64,000 nt of DNA from Octopus vulgaris (GCA_951406725.2 OX597838.1:36766001-36830000), one strand, 5' to 3'; shown: positions 40,252 to 54,170, counted from the stretch's first letter. Notes: generated by a model not told the origin, from the letters alone. A program made the numbers and translations.

Positions 40252-40505
40252 GTGTGTGGGTGGATGTGTGCATCTGTGTGTGTGTATGTGTCTATAAATA
40301 TACGTGTGTGTGTATGTGTGTGTGTGTGTGTAATATCCACGTATATATGTGTGAGTGTGTGTGTGTGATTGTGTGTATTATATATGTACATGTACATTTA
40401 TATATGCTTGTATATACATAGATACACAAATATATACATATAGACATATATATACATATAGACATATATATATATATATATATATATGTATCTATATATA
40501 TATAT

Positions 40506-40554
<49 letters not shown>

Positions 40555-41015
40555 TTTGTATATATATGTAACAGATATATAGATGCATATGTGTAAATAT
40601 AAATATCTGTGTGTGTGTATATATATATATATATACACACATATATGTGTACATGTATAAATATATATGTACATAAATGTGTATATATGTACATATATAT
40701 ATACATATATCCATATGTACATATATATACAATATATTTATATATGTATATACATATATATGTATATATATATATATACACACATACACATATACACGTA
40801 CAGATGATGTGTTACGTATTTGATAGATTAACTATAAATCAATTTTATTCTTTCTTCACTTATAGAATTCATATAATGATTTTTCTCAACATCCACTCTC
40901 AAATACATACCCATATACACATATATATGTGTATTCATATAAATGTGTATATATATATGAAGCAGACATATACATATTTATATATCTATCTCTATATATG
41001 TGTGTGTGTTTATAC

Positions 41016-41057
<42 letters not shown>

Positions 41058-42014
41058 ATAAATACCTGTGTGAATAGCAATGTATCTATCTGTCTACACA
41101 TATGTGTGTATGTATATATAGATATATATGTGTGTGTGTATGTGGGCAAATATATATGTGTGTATCTTTATATGAGACTCATCTAAATGCGTGTGTGTGT
41201 TTGTGTGTGAATGAATGCACTTACATCTACGTCAGTATATGCGTGTGTATCTATGTATGTATCTATATGTGTATATATATACATATATACATATATACAT
41301 ACATGAATATAAATATTTGTTTGCAGGTGATATATCATTTCAAAGACACTCTCCTTACTTCCTTGTTTGACTATTATACACACACACACATGCCTATATA
41401 TATGTATGTATGTATGGTATGTATGGGTGCATGTATGGTATGTATGTATGTATGGTATGTATGTATGGTATGTATGTATCTATGTATCTATGTATGAATG
41501 TATGTATGCATGTGTGTATGTATGTATATATGCATGTATGTATGCATGTATGTATGTATGTATGTATGTATCTATGTATGTGTATGTATGTATGTATGTA
41601 TGTATGCATGTATCTATGTATGTATGTATGTATGTATGTATGTATGTATCTATGTATGTATGTATCTACATATGTATGTATGTATGTATGTATGTCCCTA
41701 CCTCTATAAGTTTTCTCTTCCTCCTTATATATTTCCTGTGTCATATTCACTTCCAACTTAACTCATTCACCGCCACCCTCTCCTACATATTCTTCTACAA
41801 TTCTCTGGAGATTTTCTTCATTATGTACAGATATTATTCTCCTCGTAATGGATGTTCGATCTATAGTACTTGAGAAGCTGTACACAGCATTTAAAACACG
41901 ATTTTTTATTACTTGCAAACTTCTCATTATTGATCAGATTTTTCTTAAATACATATCATCATTATCTATCAATAGCTATATTTATTTATAAACTTTACAT
42001 ATATATATATATAT

Positions 42015-42186
42015 AGGCGCAGGAGTGGCTGTGTGGTAAGTAGCTTGCTAACCAACCACATGGTTCCGGGTTCAGTCCAACTGCGTGGCATCTTGGGCCA
42101 GTGTCTTCTGCTGTAGCCCCGGGCCGACCAATGCCTTGTGAGTGGATTTGGTAGACGGAAACTGAAAGAAGCCTGTCGTATATATG

Positions 42187-42221
<35 letters not shown>

Positions 42222-42435
42222 ATATGTTTGTGTGTCCGTGTTTGTCCCCCTAGCATTGTTTGACAACCGATGCTTGTGTGTTTACGTCCCCGTCATTAGT
42301 GGTTCGGCAAAAGAGACTGATAGAATAAGTACTGGGCTTACAAAGAATAAGTCCCGGGGTCGATTTGCTCGACTAAAGGCAGTGCTCCAACATGGCCGCA
42401 GTCAAATGACTGAAACAAGTAAAAGAGTAAAGAGT
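42015..42435 (+). mobile_element. SINE family A, full length
   Basis: Head and tail match the family. Confidence 0.92.
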
Positions 42436-42614
42436 ATATATGTATGTATTTTGTGGGGGGAAAGTGGTGGAGTGCAGGCATGGCTGCGTGGTATGATGTT
42501 TGCTTCCTAGCTACATGGTTCCAGGTTCAAAACCTCTCTGTGTCGAATTTGGCAAGTGATTTCCAAAGCCCTGTGAATGAATTTTGCAACTGATATAAAC
42601 CTGTCATGTGTATG

Positions 42615-42650
<36 letters not shown>

Positions 42651-42651
42651 C

Positions 42652-42694
<43 letters not shown>

Positions 42695-42995
42695 TATATA
42701 TATATATATATATGCATATATATATATATACATATATATATAAAGGAAAGATTGTAAGTGTAGACGAACTTTAATTTATAATCCAAGTTGGTACAGATCC
42801 AAAATGCATTCCACAAATTGTTTTGGAGTCTAATTTATTCCAAAGACAAAAAACGAAAAACTCTTCCTGAAATAAAAATTAGATTCTTCCTCAGGAATTA
42901 CATACTGGTACGAATAATAATGACCAACAAAAATATACAAAGAACTTTCATAGCCCAAATGGGAACCAACAAATAATAATAATAACAACAACAGC

Positions 42996-43028
<33 letters not shown>

Positions 43029-43036
43029 CATAATAA

Positions 43037-43610
43037 GGGTGAAGAGGTGGCAGAATTGTTAGCATGCCGGGAGAAATGCTTAACAGTATTTCGTCTGCCG
43101 TTACGATCTGAGTTCAAATTCCGCCGAGGTCGAATTTGCCTTCCATTGAATAAGTACCAGTTATGCACTGGAGTCGATATAATCGACTTAATCCGTTTGT
43201 CTGTCCTTGTTTGTCCCCTCTGCGTTTAGCTCCTTGTGGGAAGTAAAGAAATAGGTATTTCGTCTGCCTCTACGTTCTGAGTTCAAATTCCGCCGAGGTC
43301 AACTTTGCCTTTCATCCTTTCGGGGTCGATTACATAAGTACCAGTTACGCACTGGAGTCGATGTAATTGACTTAATCCATTTGTCTGTCCTTGTTTGTCC
43401 TCTCTGTGTTTAGCCCCTTGTGGGTAGTAAAGAAACAGGTTTTTTGTCTGTGGTTACTTTCTATGTTCAAATTCTGCCAAGGTCGACTTTGTCTTTCATC
43501 CTTTCGGGGTAGATTTAATAAGTACCAGTTACACACTGGTGTCAATGTAATTGACTTAATCCCTTTGTCTGTCCTTGTTTGTCCCACTATGTTTAGCCCC
43601 TTGTGAGTAA
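43037..43610 (+). mobile_element. Head-to-tail trimer of SINE family C
   Basis: Units restart at 43254 and 43438 (184-bp period). Confidence 0.85.
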
Positions 43611-44858
43611 TAAATAAATAAATAAATAATAATAGTATTAATGATAATAAATATATTCCCTTGTCATCATCGTTGTCATTTATATGTGTGTGTGTGTGTG
43701 TGTGTGTATGATACCTGAAATGTCAGTGTGCATGTAGTTTTTCTTTCTTTCTATCTTTTTGCCTTTCTTTCTTTTTTTTTTTCATGTTTCATATCTAAAA
43801 TATTTGAAATTTACAAACCTAGCAAACCATTTTTTTTTCTATGCCTTTTTCCCTTACTTCATAGTTCATTAAAGGAAGCCTCTACATGGTAACTTAACTG
43901 CTAGAAACTGCAGCAACCCTTTACCTGAAATCACCCCCTGCTCTCTTATAAAAGAAACTGTATTTAATTTCAATTCTCAAGTCACTACATTCTTAAGGAA
44001 ACAATAAGACTGGCTGGTCGTGGCTGGAATGTCTTTGACTCTACGTCTGCTCTCTCGGTGCCAATTTGGTATTCAACATATAAAAGAAGATTGAAGCGAA
44101 GGCTTGAACAATTCCTCGTTATGTTATTAAAGTTTTATCTATCAATAAAAATCTTTTGATTTTGATTGGTAATTGCCAAACTGTTGAAATGGAAGCGTCG
44201 CTTAGTTAGCTACAACAAAGCATTATTCCAGTTCTCCTTGTGACAATAAATTTACCGCAAGCAGTGCAACGTATCAAAATGTCCAATTTATCAAACTTTA
44301 CCGAATTTCTTTACCTCAGTTCAATCAAGGTCGCTATTTTTATCGTGCCAAATATTTTAATGAGCATTAAATCCGATGTTATGTATGATATTCTTCACAA
44401 TAGTTTGACGCCATTTGAAATTTAGCATTCTTCAAGGTGGAAATTCTTTGAGAATCATGAGCTGTCTAAGAAATTATTCATCATTCATACCTATTCCAGC
44501 TGCCGTTTTTGTTATCTTTATTTTTTTTTATCTTTGTTGCACTGGAACCTGCATTAACTGAAATTTGGACAGTTTATTTGTCTGCGACTGCATAGATGTC
44601 CCTTCGTTCTTTGTTTATTCATAGGTCAGCTTTAACTAAGCAGAAACTTAGTCTAAAATATTCCAACCATGATTATTTTGTTATATTTCCACACATCCCA
44701 GTCTATTTTGTCCAATATAACTTGCCCCTTTTTTAAAAGGCCCCTGTCATTGCAATTTGAGCAAAATTTGGTTTTACTTTCAAGCAGATTGGTTTCAAAT
44801 TTTGTACAAGGCCAGTAATTTCAAGAAAGGTGTAAGTCAATTACATCGAGCCCTGTGT

Positions 44859-45090
44859 TCAACTTTGCTGGACATTGTTGTAGAGCTGAAAAAGAAGTAA
44901 TTTCTACTCTTCTCCTCTGGAAGCCATCTACTCGCAATACCAGAGGGCGCACACTCTCCTACCCTGATGTAATCTCCAGGGATACAGGCATCCAGCAACA
45001 GGACCTCCGTAATGCCATGATGGACTGTGAAGTCTGGCGTAGCATGGTAAATTCCATTGTCTCGACCACGGTCGAACAATGATGATGATG
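44859..45090 (+). mobile_element. RTE/RTE-X LINE 3' end
   Basis: FAGHCCRAEKEVISTLLLWKP...WRSMVNSIVSTTVEQ* plus (GAT)n. Confidence 0.85.
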
Positions 45091-45265
45091 TGTTCAAGTG
45101 GACCTTATTTTGTCAACATTGAAAGAATAAAAGGCAAAGCTGACCTCAGCAGAATTTGAACTCATTACAGACGAACTGCTGCCAAGCATTTTGTCCAATG
45201 TGTTAGTGATACTGCCAGCTCACTGCTTCAGTTTCCTTTCTAGAAGAATCATTAATCATGTAGAG

Positions 45266-45484
45266 CAGTGCTTTTCAACCTTTTTGCTGGAGCGGAACCC
45301 CAAGAAAACATTTCACGGGCTCGAGGAACCCCTGTGCAATAATTTAATAGTCTTATGCACACATATCTGCACAGGAGAATTAAAAATTACTGTCGATTTC
45401 AGCATTTTTGTAACTTCTTGCGGAACCCCTGGACTGTACTGGCGGAACCCTAAGATTCCGCGGAACCCTGGTTGAAAACCACTG
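45266..45484. mobile_element. hAT (Charlie-like) MITE, 219 bp
   Basis: TIRs CAGTGCTTTTCAACC and GGTTGAAAACCACTG; 8-bp TSD ATGTAGAG/ATATAGAG; subterminal GCGGAACCC repeats. Confidence 0.88.
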
Positions 45485-45975
45485 ATATAGAGATTCCCCT
45501 CTTATGAGGTTGTTTTTGCTGTTTAGCAGCAGCAACGGTTCAATAGGAACAAGATAAAAGTTGGTTACAGCTGCAGAAGAATAGCCAATCACATCAAAGA
45601 AAAGGGATACATTAGGAAAGGCATCCAGCTGTAGAAACCAAGCAAAAATCAGTCTGGATCCTGTTCTCTGCACTTCTCTGACTTACCAGTTCCAGTTAAA
45701 CTGTCTAACCCATACCAGATGGAAAGCAGATGCTAAATGATGATGATGATGAGGAGGAGGAGGAGGATATTTGAAAGCTCATGATCTAATGGTTAGGGTA
45801 TTGGGCTCCTGCGCAATGTAAGGTTTGGGGTTTTGAGTCTTCAACCAATAAATGAGTCATATTGGAAAACAGTACTGCCAAGCTATTTGCATTCTGAAAA
45901 TTTCTTATATATGTATATGCTTATGAGTGTGTGTCCTTCTCTGTCTGTGTATATGTATGTATATGCTTGTGTGCA

Positions 45976-45977
<2 letters not shown>

Positions 45978-46034
<57 letters not shown>

Positions 46035-46061
46035 GTATATATATATATGTATATATATATG

Positions 46062-46108
<47 letters not shown>

Positions 46109-46147
46109 GTATATATATATGTATATATATATGTATATATGTATATG

Positions 46148-46198
<51 letters not shown>

Positions 46199-46467
46199 GT
46201 GTGTATTTATATATGTATATATGTATATGTGTATATGTATATATATATGTATATATATATATATGTATATATATATGTATATATATATATGTATATATAT
46301 ATATATGTATTTATATATGTATATATATGTATATGTGTATATGTATGTATATATATGTATATGTGTATATGTATGTATATATATATATATGTGTATATGT
46401 ATATATGTGTATATATATATGTATATATATATATGTATATATATATATGTATATATATATATTTATA

Positions 46468-46508
<41 letters not shown>

Positions 46509-46519
46509 GTACATATATT

Positions 46520-46562
<43 letters not shown>
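45978..46562. repeat. About 580 bp (TA)n/(TATG) tract
   Basis: Directly visible. Confidence 0.95.
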
Positions 46563-46563
<1 letters not shown>

Positions 46564-46968
46564 GGCCGACATGCTGTGCTTGAGGAGACCTATTGAGTCA
46601 TGTACATCAACATCAAAATGAAAATCAAATGGAAATTGTAGTTGTGATACCCAAGCCGGTGGCACTCAAAAAGCACCATCCGAATGTGGCTGATGCTAGC
46701 GCCACCTTGACTGGTGTCTATGCCGTGACACGTAAAAAGCACCAACCGATTGTGGCCATTGGCCAGCCTCTTCTGGCCCCTGAGCTGGTGGCACATAAAA
46801 AGCACCTACTACACTCATGGAGTGGTTGGCATTAGGAAGGGCATCCAGCTGTAGGAACACTGCCAGATCAGACTGGGGCCTGGTGCAGCCTCCTAGCTTC
46901 CCAGACCTTGGTTGAACCGTACAACCAATGCTAGCATGAAAAACGCACATTAAACGATGATGATGATG
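46563..46968 (+). mobile_element. SINE family D
   Basis: Family motif and GAT tail. Confidence 0.85.
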
Positions 46969-46988
46969 ATATATATATATATAAATAA

Positions 46989-47019
<31 letters not shown>

Positions 47020-47305
47020 TATCAACAATTGAGGGTAAAATTAATTAGTTATTAATCAATTTCACCAAGTATTCAGTATGTAAAAGAACCATTTAAGGCG
47101 AATTCAAAATATTACATTATATAATTAGGGCTTAGTAAAATAAATTACTTTGCCACATACTGAACTTGCTAGAAATAGCAGCCAAAAAAAGTTTTTTTGC
47201 CATTCCCACTACTTAAAGAAAATTTCTCTCAGATAATGTTTACTCAAAATAACTCACGAAGGTATGGAGGTAAAAACAGAAAAATATCACAAGTACAAAG
47301 ATTAT

Positions 47306-47366
47306 TTGAGAACGTTAACGTTTCTAGATTAGCCAAATAAACTCAGCATTTCTTTCGTCAGTTCAA
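47306..47366 (-). ncRNA. Type-I hammerhead (left arm)
   Basis: TTGAA-CTGACGA-stem II-GAA-ACGTTAACGT-T-CTCAA. Confidence 0.65.
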
Positions 47367-47887
47367 CATTTCTTATTTTGGATTTGGAAGCACTAAAAAG
47401 AAAGAACATACCCTTTGGCGACTTATCACCTCAGATGACCCATTCAGACTGCCAGTACCAACAAATTCAAAATGTGCAAGCGAAGATTCACTGCTCTCCC
47501 CTTCCACCCACGTGGGTTATCTAGCAAACATTATATTTTAACGGTGAGAACCGAGGCAATATGACAGAGAGAAATGAATTATAATATCAACAATTGAGGG
47601 TAAAATTAATTAGTTATTAATCAATTTCACCAAGTATTCAGTATGTAAAATTTTACCCTCAATTGTTGATATTATAATTCATTTCTCTCTGTCATATTGC
47701 CTCGGTTCTCACCGTTAAAATATAATGTTTGCTAGATAACCCACGTGGTGGAAGGGAGAGCAGTGAATCTTCGCTTGCACATTTTGAATTTGTTGGTACT
47801 GGCAGTCTGAACGGGTCATCTGAGGTGATAAGTCGCCAAAGGGTATGTTCTTTCTTTTTAGTGCTTCCAAATCCAAAATAAGAAATG

Positions 47888-47948
47888 TTGAGCTGATGAA
47901 AGAATTGCTGAGTTTATTTGGCTAATCTAGAAACGTTAACGTTCTTAA
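47888..47948 (+). ncRNA. Type-I hammerhead (right arm)
   Basis: TTGAG-CTGATGA-stem II-GAA-ACGTTAACGT-T-CTTAA; 10-nt palindrome and GUU triplet. Confidence 0.72.
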
Positions 47949-48194
47949 ATAATCTTTGTACTTGTGATATTTTTCTGTTTTTACCTCCATACCTTCGTGA
48001 GTTATTTTGAGTAAACATTATCTGAGAGAAATTTTCTTTAAGTAGTGGAAATGGCAAAAAAACTTTTTTTTTGGCTGCTATTTCTAGCAAGTTCAGTATG
48101 TGGCAAAGTAATTTATTTTACTAAGCCCTAATTATATAAATAAATATAAATATAAATAAATATATATTTATGTATGTATGTATGTATGCTACTG

Positions 48195-48251
48195 GTAACA
48201 TGTAACCTAGTACAACCTGTTGCATGGTCGGGTCGTCGGCGACTAAACTGG
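48195..48251 (+). ncRNA. Degenerate HDV-like ribozyme at the 5' end of an RTE-like leader
   Basis: P2 CTAGT/ACTGG, P3 ACA/TGC, CC/GG P1.1, P4 TCG-TCGG-CGA, J4/2 CTAA; P1 only partly paired (TAACAT/ATGGTC). Confidence 0.45.
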
Positions 48252-48722
48252 CAACCCCACCAAGCTTGCTTGGTGAGGAGGGTGTTTATTGGACACCCTG
48301 CGGGATGAAAAACAAAACCCGTCAAAGGGAGGAGGAACTCTTGAGAGTCAACGGCCATCCAAAAAATGTCTTAAGGCTGTATCATGCGCAGGGACAGAAA
48401 TAATCGGACTGAATACCCGATCGCGCAGTTAAACCATTGGGAGTGAAGGACTCCTAGCCTTTGTTTGGGCATCCTTCTAGGAGAAGGTAACTCAGGTAAC
48501 TGGGATAACTCCGACATAAAACCTGCAGCTCAGTGGTTACCGATGATGTTGACTTGTTCTTCTTTTCGGATTATGGCTGCTGTTGCTTAGTGAGTGGGAT
48601 TGACTCAGTGCACAGCCTTTCCTCACTTTAAAAAAAAATCTTCTCGCACAGGCATTGCACGATAACAACATTGATTAAGCTTCGTGCAATGGCCATACTC
48701 GATAACGAGGGGGCAGCCACCA
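48195..48722 (+). mobile_element. RTE/RTE-X-like 5' UTR fragment
   Basis: GC-richer island with CTAGGAGAAGGTAACTC, similar to RTE leader motifs; no ORF follows. Confidence 0.45.
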
Positions 48723-48729
48723 TATGTAA

Positions 48730-49000
48730 GAATGCATGATCTAGTGGTTAGGGTGCTGTACTCATGATTGCAAGACTGTGATTTCAATTCCTAGACTGTG
48801 TGTTGTATTGTATTCTTGAGCAAAACACTTCATCTCACGTTGCTCTGTCATCACTTTCACACATGATGTGTGGTACAATGTGCACCTGTTCAGACAACGT
48901 TGATTTGATGGAGAGAATGAGCTAATGTCTGGTTTGAACATGTGATCATTAGGAATGAATCATTTGTGCAGGTTGTTTGGCAGACGCTGAACACTCAAAC
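48730..49000 (+). mobile_element. Old SINE family G
   Basis: CTAGTGGTTAGGG A box and TTCTTGAGCAAAACACTTCATCTCACGTTGCTCTG. Confidence 0.65.
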
Positions 49001-49714
49001 AGACGTGTCTGTATGTTTGTGTGCGCTGAGACACCAGACGTGTTAAAAATACTGTCTGGCATGCTCTCATCACATGAAGCTATTAGTAGCACATAAAAAT
49101 ATATTGTGTTTATTAAGTAATATTTATCTCTCAGACAGATGTACTCTTTTTGTTGATCTTACCATCACATGTATGTGTGTGTGTTGTATGTATATATTGT
49201 ATGTACACACATACTACTCTAATCTGACATGAAAAATAATGCATTAACAAGTCTGAAGCACTAATTTGTGTCTACAATGATTAAGTGATAAAATGAGAGG
49301 TGCTTATTTAGATTTGAGGGGTCTGTGTACGAATGCGTATGTACTTATACATATGTGAGTGTGTGTATCTGTACGTGCATCTGTTATGTATATGTGTGCA
49401 TGTGTGCTTTTGTGTGTATTTATACATGATTTAATAACAGTTTGATTTGGGCTCCATGCAACTTAGTTTCATGGGCTTGTAAAATGAACCTCAGCTCATC
49501 AGACTTAAAAGCTACGTTCGTTTTATGAGCCCGCAAATTATTAAGTTGCACGTTAAATGATAAATATGTGACATCTAGCAAGTATATTGAATGCCATTTT
49601 CTCTCTTTGGTCCACCCCCTTATAAGCATACGTTCATAATACATACATATGTTTATATAAAGAATGACGGGCCACAGGGTTGATTCAATTCTGAGATATC
49701 TATATATGTGTGTA

Positions 49715-49745
<31 letters not shown>

Positions 49746-49834
49746 TATGCAAATATTTATACATATTTATATGAGCTTCTAAATGTATAGGTGTACATAT
49801 GTATGTAAATATGTATAATACCCATGCACACACA

Positions 49835-49870
<36 letters not shown>

Positions 49871-49979
49871 CACACGAGAGGGTAGAGTGGTTTTATATGA
49901 TTGTTCAAGAATACACAGGTATAAAACAATTAGTGCCGTACACTCATGAGTGACTATATGTATATACTCACATACATTC

Positions 49980-50492
49980 TCTCTCACACACACACATATA
50001 TGTATACACACATATATTTATACACACATGCATATTCACATATATACATACAACACACACACAGACACACATATATATATACACACACACATACACACAC
50101 ACACATATATATACACACACACTCACACACATATACTCACGCATATTCACATATATATGTATGACACATACACACACACACACACATATATACACACACA
50201 TACACACACACATATATATATACACACACACATATATATATACACACACACACACATATATACACACACATACTCACACATATATACTCACGCATATTCA
50301 CATATATATGTATGACACATACACACACGCACGCGCACACACGCATGCACACACACACACACACATATATATATACATACATACACACACACACACACAC
50401 ATATATATACACACACACACACACATATATATATACACACACACACTCACACATATTCACACATATATGTATGACACATACACACACGCACG

Positions 50493-50526
<34 letters not shown>

Positions 50527-50569
50527 CACACACACACTCACACATATTCACACATATATGTATGACACG

Positions 50570-50612
<43 letters not shown>
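49980..50612. repeat. (CA/TA)n tract with a recurring CATATTCACA..ATGTATGACAC landmark
   Basis: Landmark recurs about 5 times. Confidence 0.9.
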
Positions 50613-51353
50613 GTGTGTACATCTTTGAAAAGCTGGTTGGTTGTGAAGTGGAAGCCACTTTAATTTTCGTTTGAAAAGCCACGTACTGATAGAATGCATA
50701 TGACCATTTGTAAAGAATCATTTTAATTTAATGTAATATAGAATATGCACACAAGCACACACACACACATGCACACATGTGCAAACAAACACACACACAC
50801 ACACACACAGAAACTCAGACACACACACACACATGCAACATATGTACGTACACTTACAGATTATTATCTCTTTATGCAGCGAACGTTTCACTTTTGCAAA
50901 TAAAAATCCATATGAACAAAAGGCAGAGAATAAAACCAGAGGAACCATTACAATAGGCAGAGATTTAGCCTTGGAATGCGTTTCCTTTTATTTTACTCTG
51001 ACATATCGCGGCTCTTTGAAGTGTTTGCTTCCACATTTGGCACTGCCGACACCACCGCCGTCACCACCACCACCGCCACCGCCGCTACCGTTCCATACCT
51101 TTTCTGCTGCCACCGCCATCGACGCCGCACACTGTTTGTTTTCTGTTTGTGTTGTTTTCGCAGTCGTAATAATTCTTGACATTGGTTTGCGTTCGGTAAC
51201 CACACTGCGTTGGCGCCGAGGGGAGAAAAACATTGGCGGAACTGTTGGTTTATTCCTGCTCTTGGTTTGCTGTTGCTGCTGCTGCTACCGGTACTACTGC
51301 TACTAATCTACCGATGCTAATGGTATGCTTGGTGGTGGTACTAGTGCTGCTGT

Positions 51354-51640
51354 AAGGTGGCGAGCTGGCAGAAACGTTAGCACGCCGGACGAAATGCTTA
51401 GCGGTATTTTGTCTGCTGTTACGTTGTGAGTTCAAGTTCCGCCGAGGTCGACTTTGCCTTTCGTCCTCGATAAATTAAGTACCAGTTACGCACTGGGGTC
51501 GATGTAATCAACTCAATACCTATGTCTGTCCTTGTTTGTCCTCTCTTTGTTTAGCCCCTTGTAGGTAGTAAAGAAATAGGTATTTGTCTGCCATTACGTT
51601 CTGAGTTCAAATTCCGCCGAGGTCGACTTTGCCTTTCGTC
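51354..51640 (+). mobile_element. SINE family C monomer plus a partial second unit
   Basis: Second unit starts at 51579 (GGTATTTGTCTGCC). Confidence 0.85.
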
Positions 51641-51643
51641 CAC

Positions 51644-51917
51644 GATTTGGTAGACGGAAACTGAAAGAAGCCCGTCATATATATGTATATATGTATATAT
51701 GTGTGCGTGTATGTTTCTGTGTCTGTGTTTGTCCCCCTAGCATTGCTTGACAACCGATGCTGGTGTGTTTATATCCCCGTCACTTAGCGGTTCGGTAAAA
51801 GAGACCGATAGAATAAGTACTGGGCTTACAAAGAATAAGTCCCGGGGTCGAGTTACTCGACTAAAGGTGGTGCTCCAGCATGGCCGCAGTCAACTAACTG
51901 AAACAAGTAAAAGAGTA
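51644..51917 (+). mobile_element. SINE family A, 3' two-thirds
   Basis: Family match. Confidence 0.9.
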
Positions 51918-52081
51918 ACATTGCATAAAAACGATAGACTGTTGGACTAGATCTGGCCAGTTCAAACATAAAACAGGTGAGGTATCTAGGCCTGGATAAG
52001 CTCATTTAAATGCAAAAAGGTAAAATAACAATGATGATAAAAGTGACGAGAATAACAATAATAATAGTGACAATTGTAGTA

Positions 52082-52314
52082 TACTCTTTATTCTATTACT
52101 TGTTTCAGTCATTTGACTGTGGCCATGTTGGAGCACCGACTTTAGTTGAGCAAATTGAATCCCAGGACTTATTCTTCGGAAGCCTAGTACTTATTCTATC
52201 GGTATCTTTTGCCGAACTGCTAAGTTACAGGAACGTAAACACACTAGCATCAGTTGTCAAGCAATGTTGGAGGGACAAACACAGACACACAAACACACAC
52301 ACACATACACATGC

Positions 52315-52345
<31 letters not shown>

Positions 52346-52500
52346 TATATGCGATGGGCTTCTTTCAGTTTCCGTCTACCAAATCCACTCACAAGGCATT
52401 GGTCAACCTGAGGCTATAGTAGAAGACACTTGCCCAAGGTGCCATGCTGTGGGACTGAACCCGGAACCATGTGGTTCGTAAACAAGCTACTTACCACACA
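52082..52500 (-). mobile_element. SINE family A
   Basis: Family match, reverse orientation. Confidence 0.88.
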
Positions 52501-52965
52501 GTGATCCTTTTTAAAAAAAAAACACACAAACTGAAAACACGGTTTCATGGGTATTTTTCTCACTCCTTAGCTAAGTTGTAAACAAGACAACCAATTCAAA
52601 TAACTGCATTTCTGTTTTGCATTTCATACCCGACATGTACACCAGCCGTGTATTTTTACACACCTTTTGCGAGTGTAGTGTAAATTTCTGAATATTCAAA
52701 GAATTTAGCATGTAAATGGCGGGTGCTGTGCTTTTCATTTAGACATTTCTGTATTGTGAAAAATGTCATTGTTTCCAAGTAAGAAAGCATCGTATGTGTC
52801 CAGTGTCAATTATTATATTATTGTGACAGATCTGCCGTCCGTTTGTTCTCATAATAAGTGTTCGAGTTGTCTGGTCAATGCAATTCTAATTATCCATTAA
52901 TTTTATTAGAGTGTTAAGAGCATAAGAGGTTGAGTATAGCTATACAGGATAAATGCAATTACACA

Positions 52966-53760
<795 letters not shown>

Positions 53761-53988
53761 GTGTGTATATATATAAATATTGAGAAATTGAGATACTTAT
53801 CAAAACATTTATCTATCTGTCTATGTGTATGTAATTCTCTCTATATATGTATTTATAGATTTTATTTATATACATACATATAGATATATCGGTGTATGTG
53901 CCTATATAAATATTGAGATATGAGATATTTGTGTAATAATATAATTTATCTATCTATATTTATGTTTGTTCATGTATGCCTATATATA

Positions 53989-54044
<56 letters not shown>

Positions 54045-54132
54045 GGGTGAATTCACAATAAAACAAAAGATGAAGACAAATGGTGGAGACAACGAACAGA
54101 TGTATTAGTAGAACACTCAGGAAGTGAAAAAG

Positions 54133-54170
54133 TCTTTAATGTTTCGAGCCTATGCTCTTCCACAGAAAGA
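54133..54170 (-). ncRNA. Minimal hammerhead, A6U variant, decayed stem III
   Basis: TCTTT-CTGTGGA-A-GAGC-ATAG-GCTC-GAA-ACAT-T-AAAGA within the element at 54044-54218. Confidence 0.55.

Larger units (their letters stand above)
47021..48139. mobile_element. Penelope-like non-autonomous element: partial tandem repeat (565-bp period) plus inverted copy
   Basis: Direct repeat 47021-47085 = 47586-47650; inverted arms 47117-47605 and 47651-48139; a hammerhead in each arm. Confidence 0.8.
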
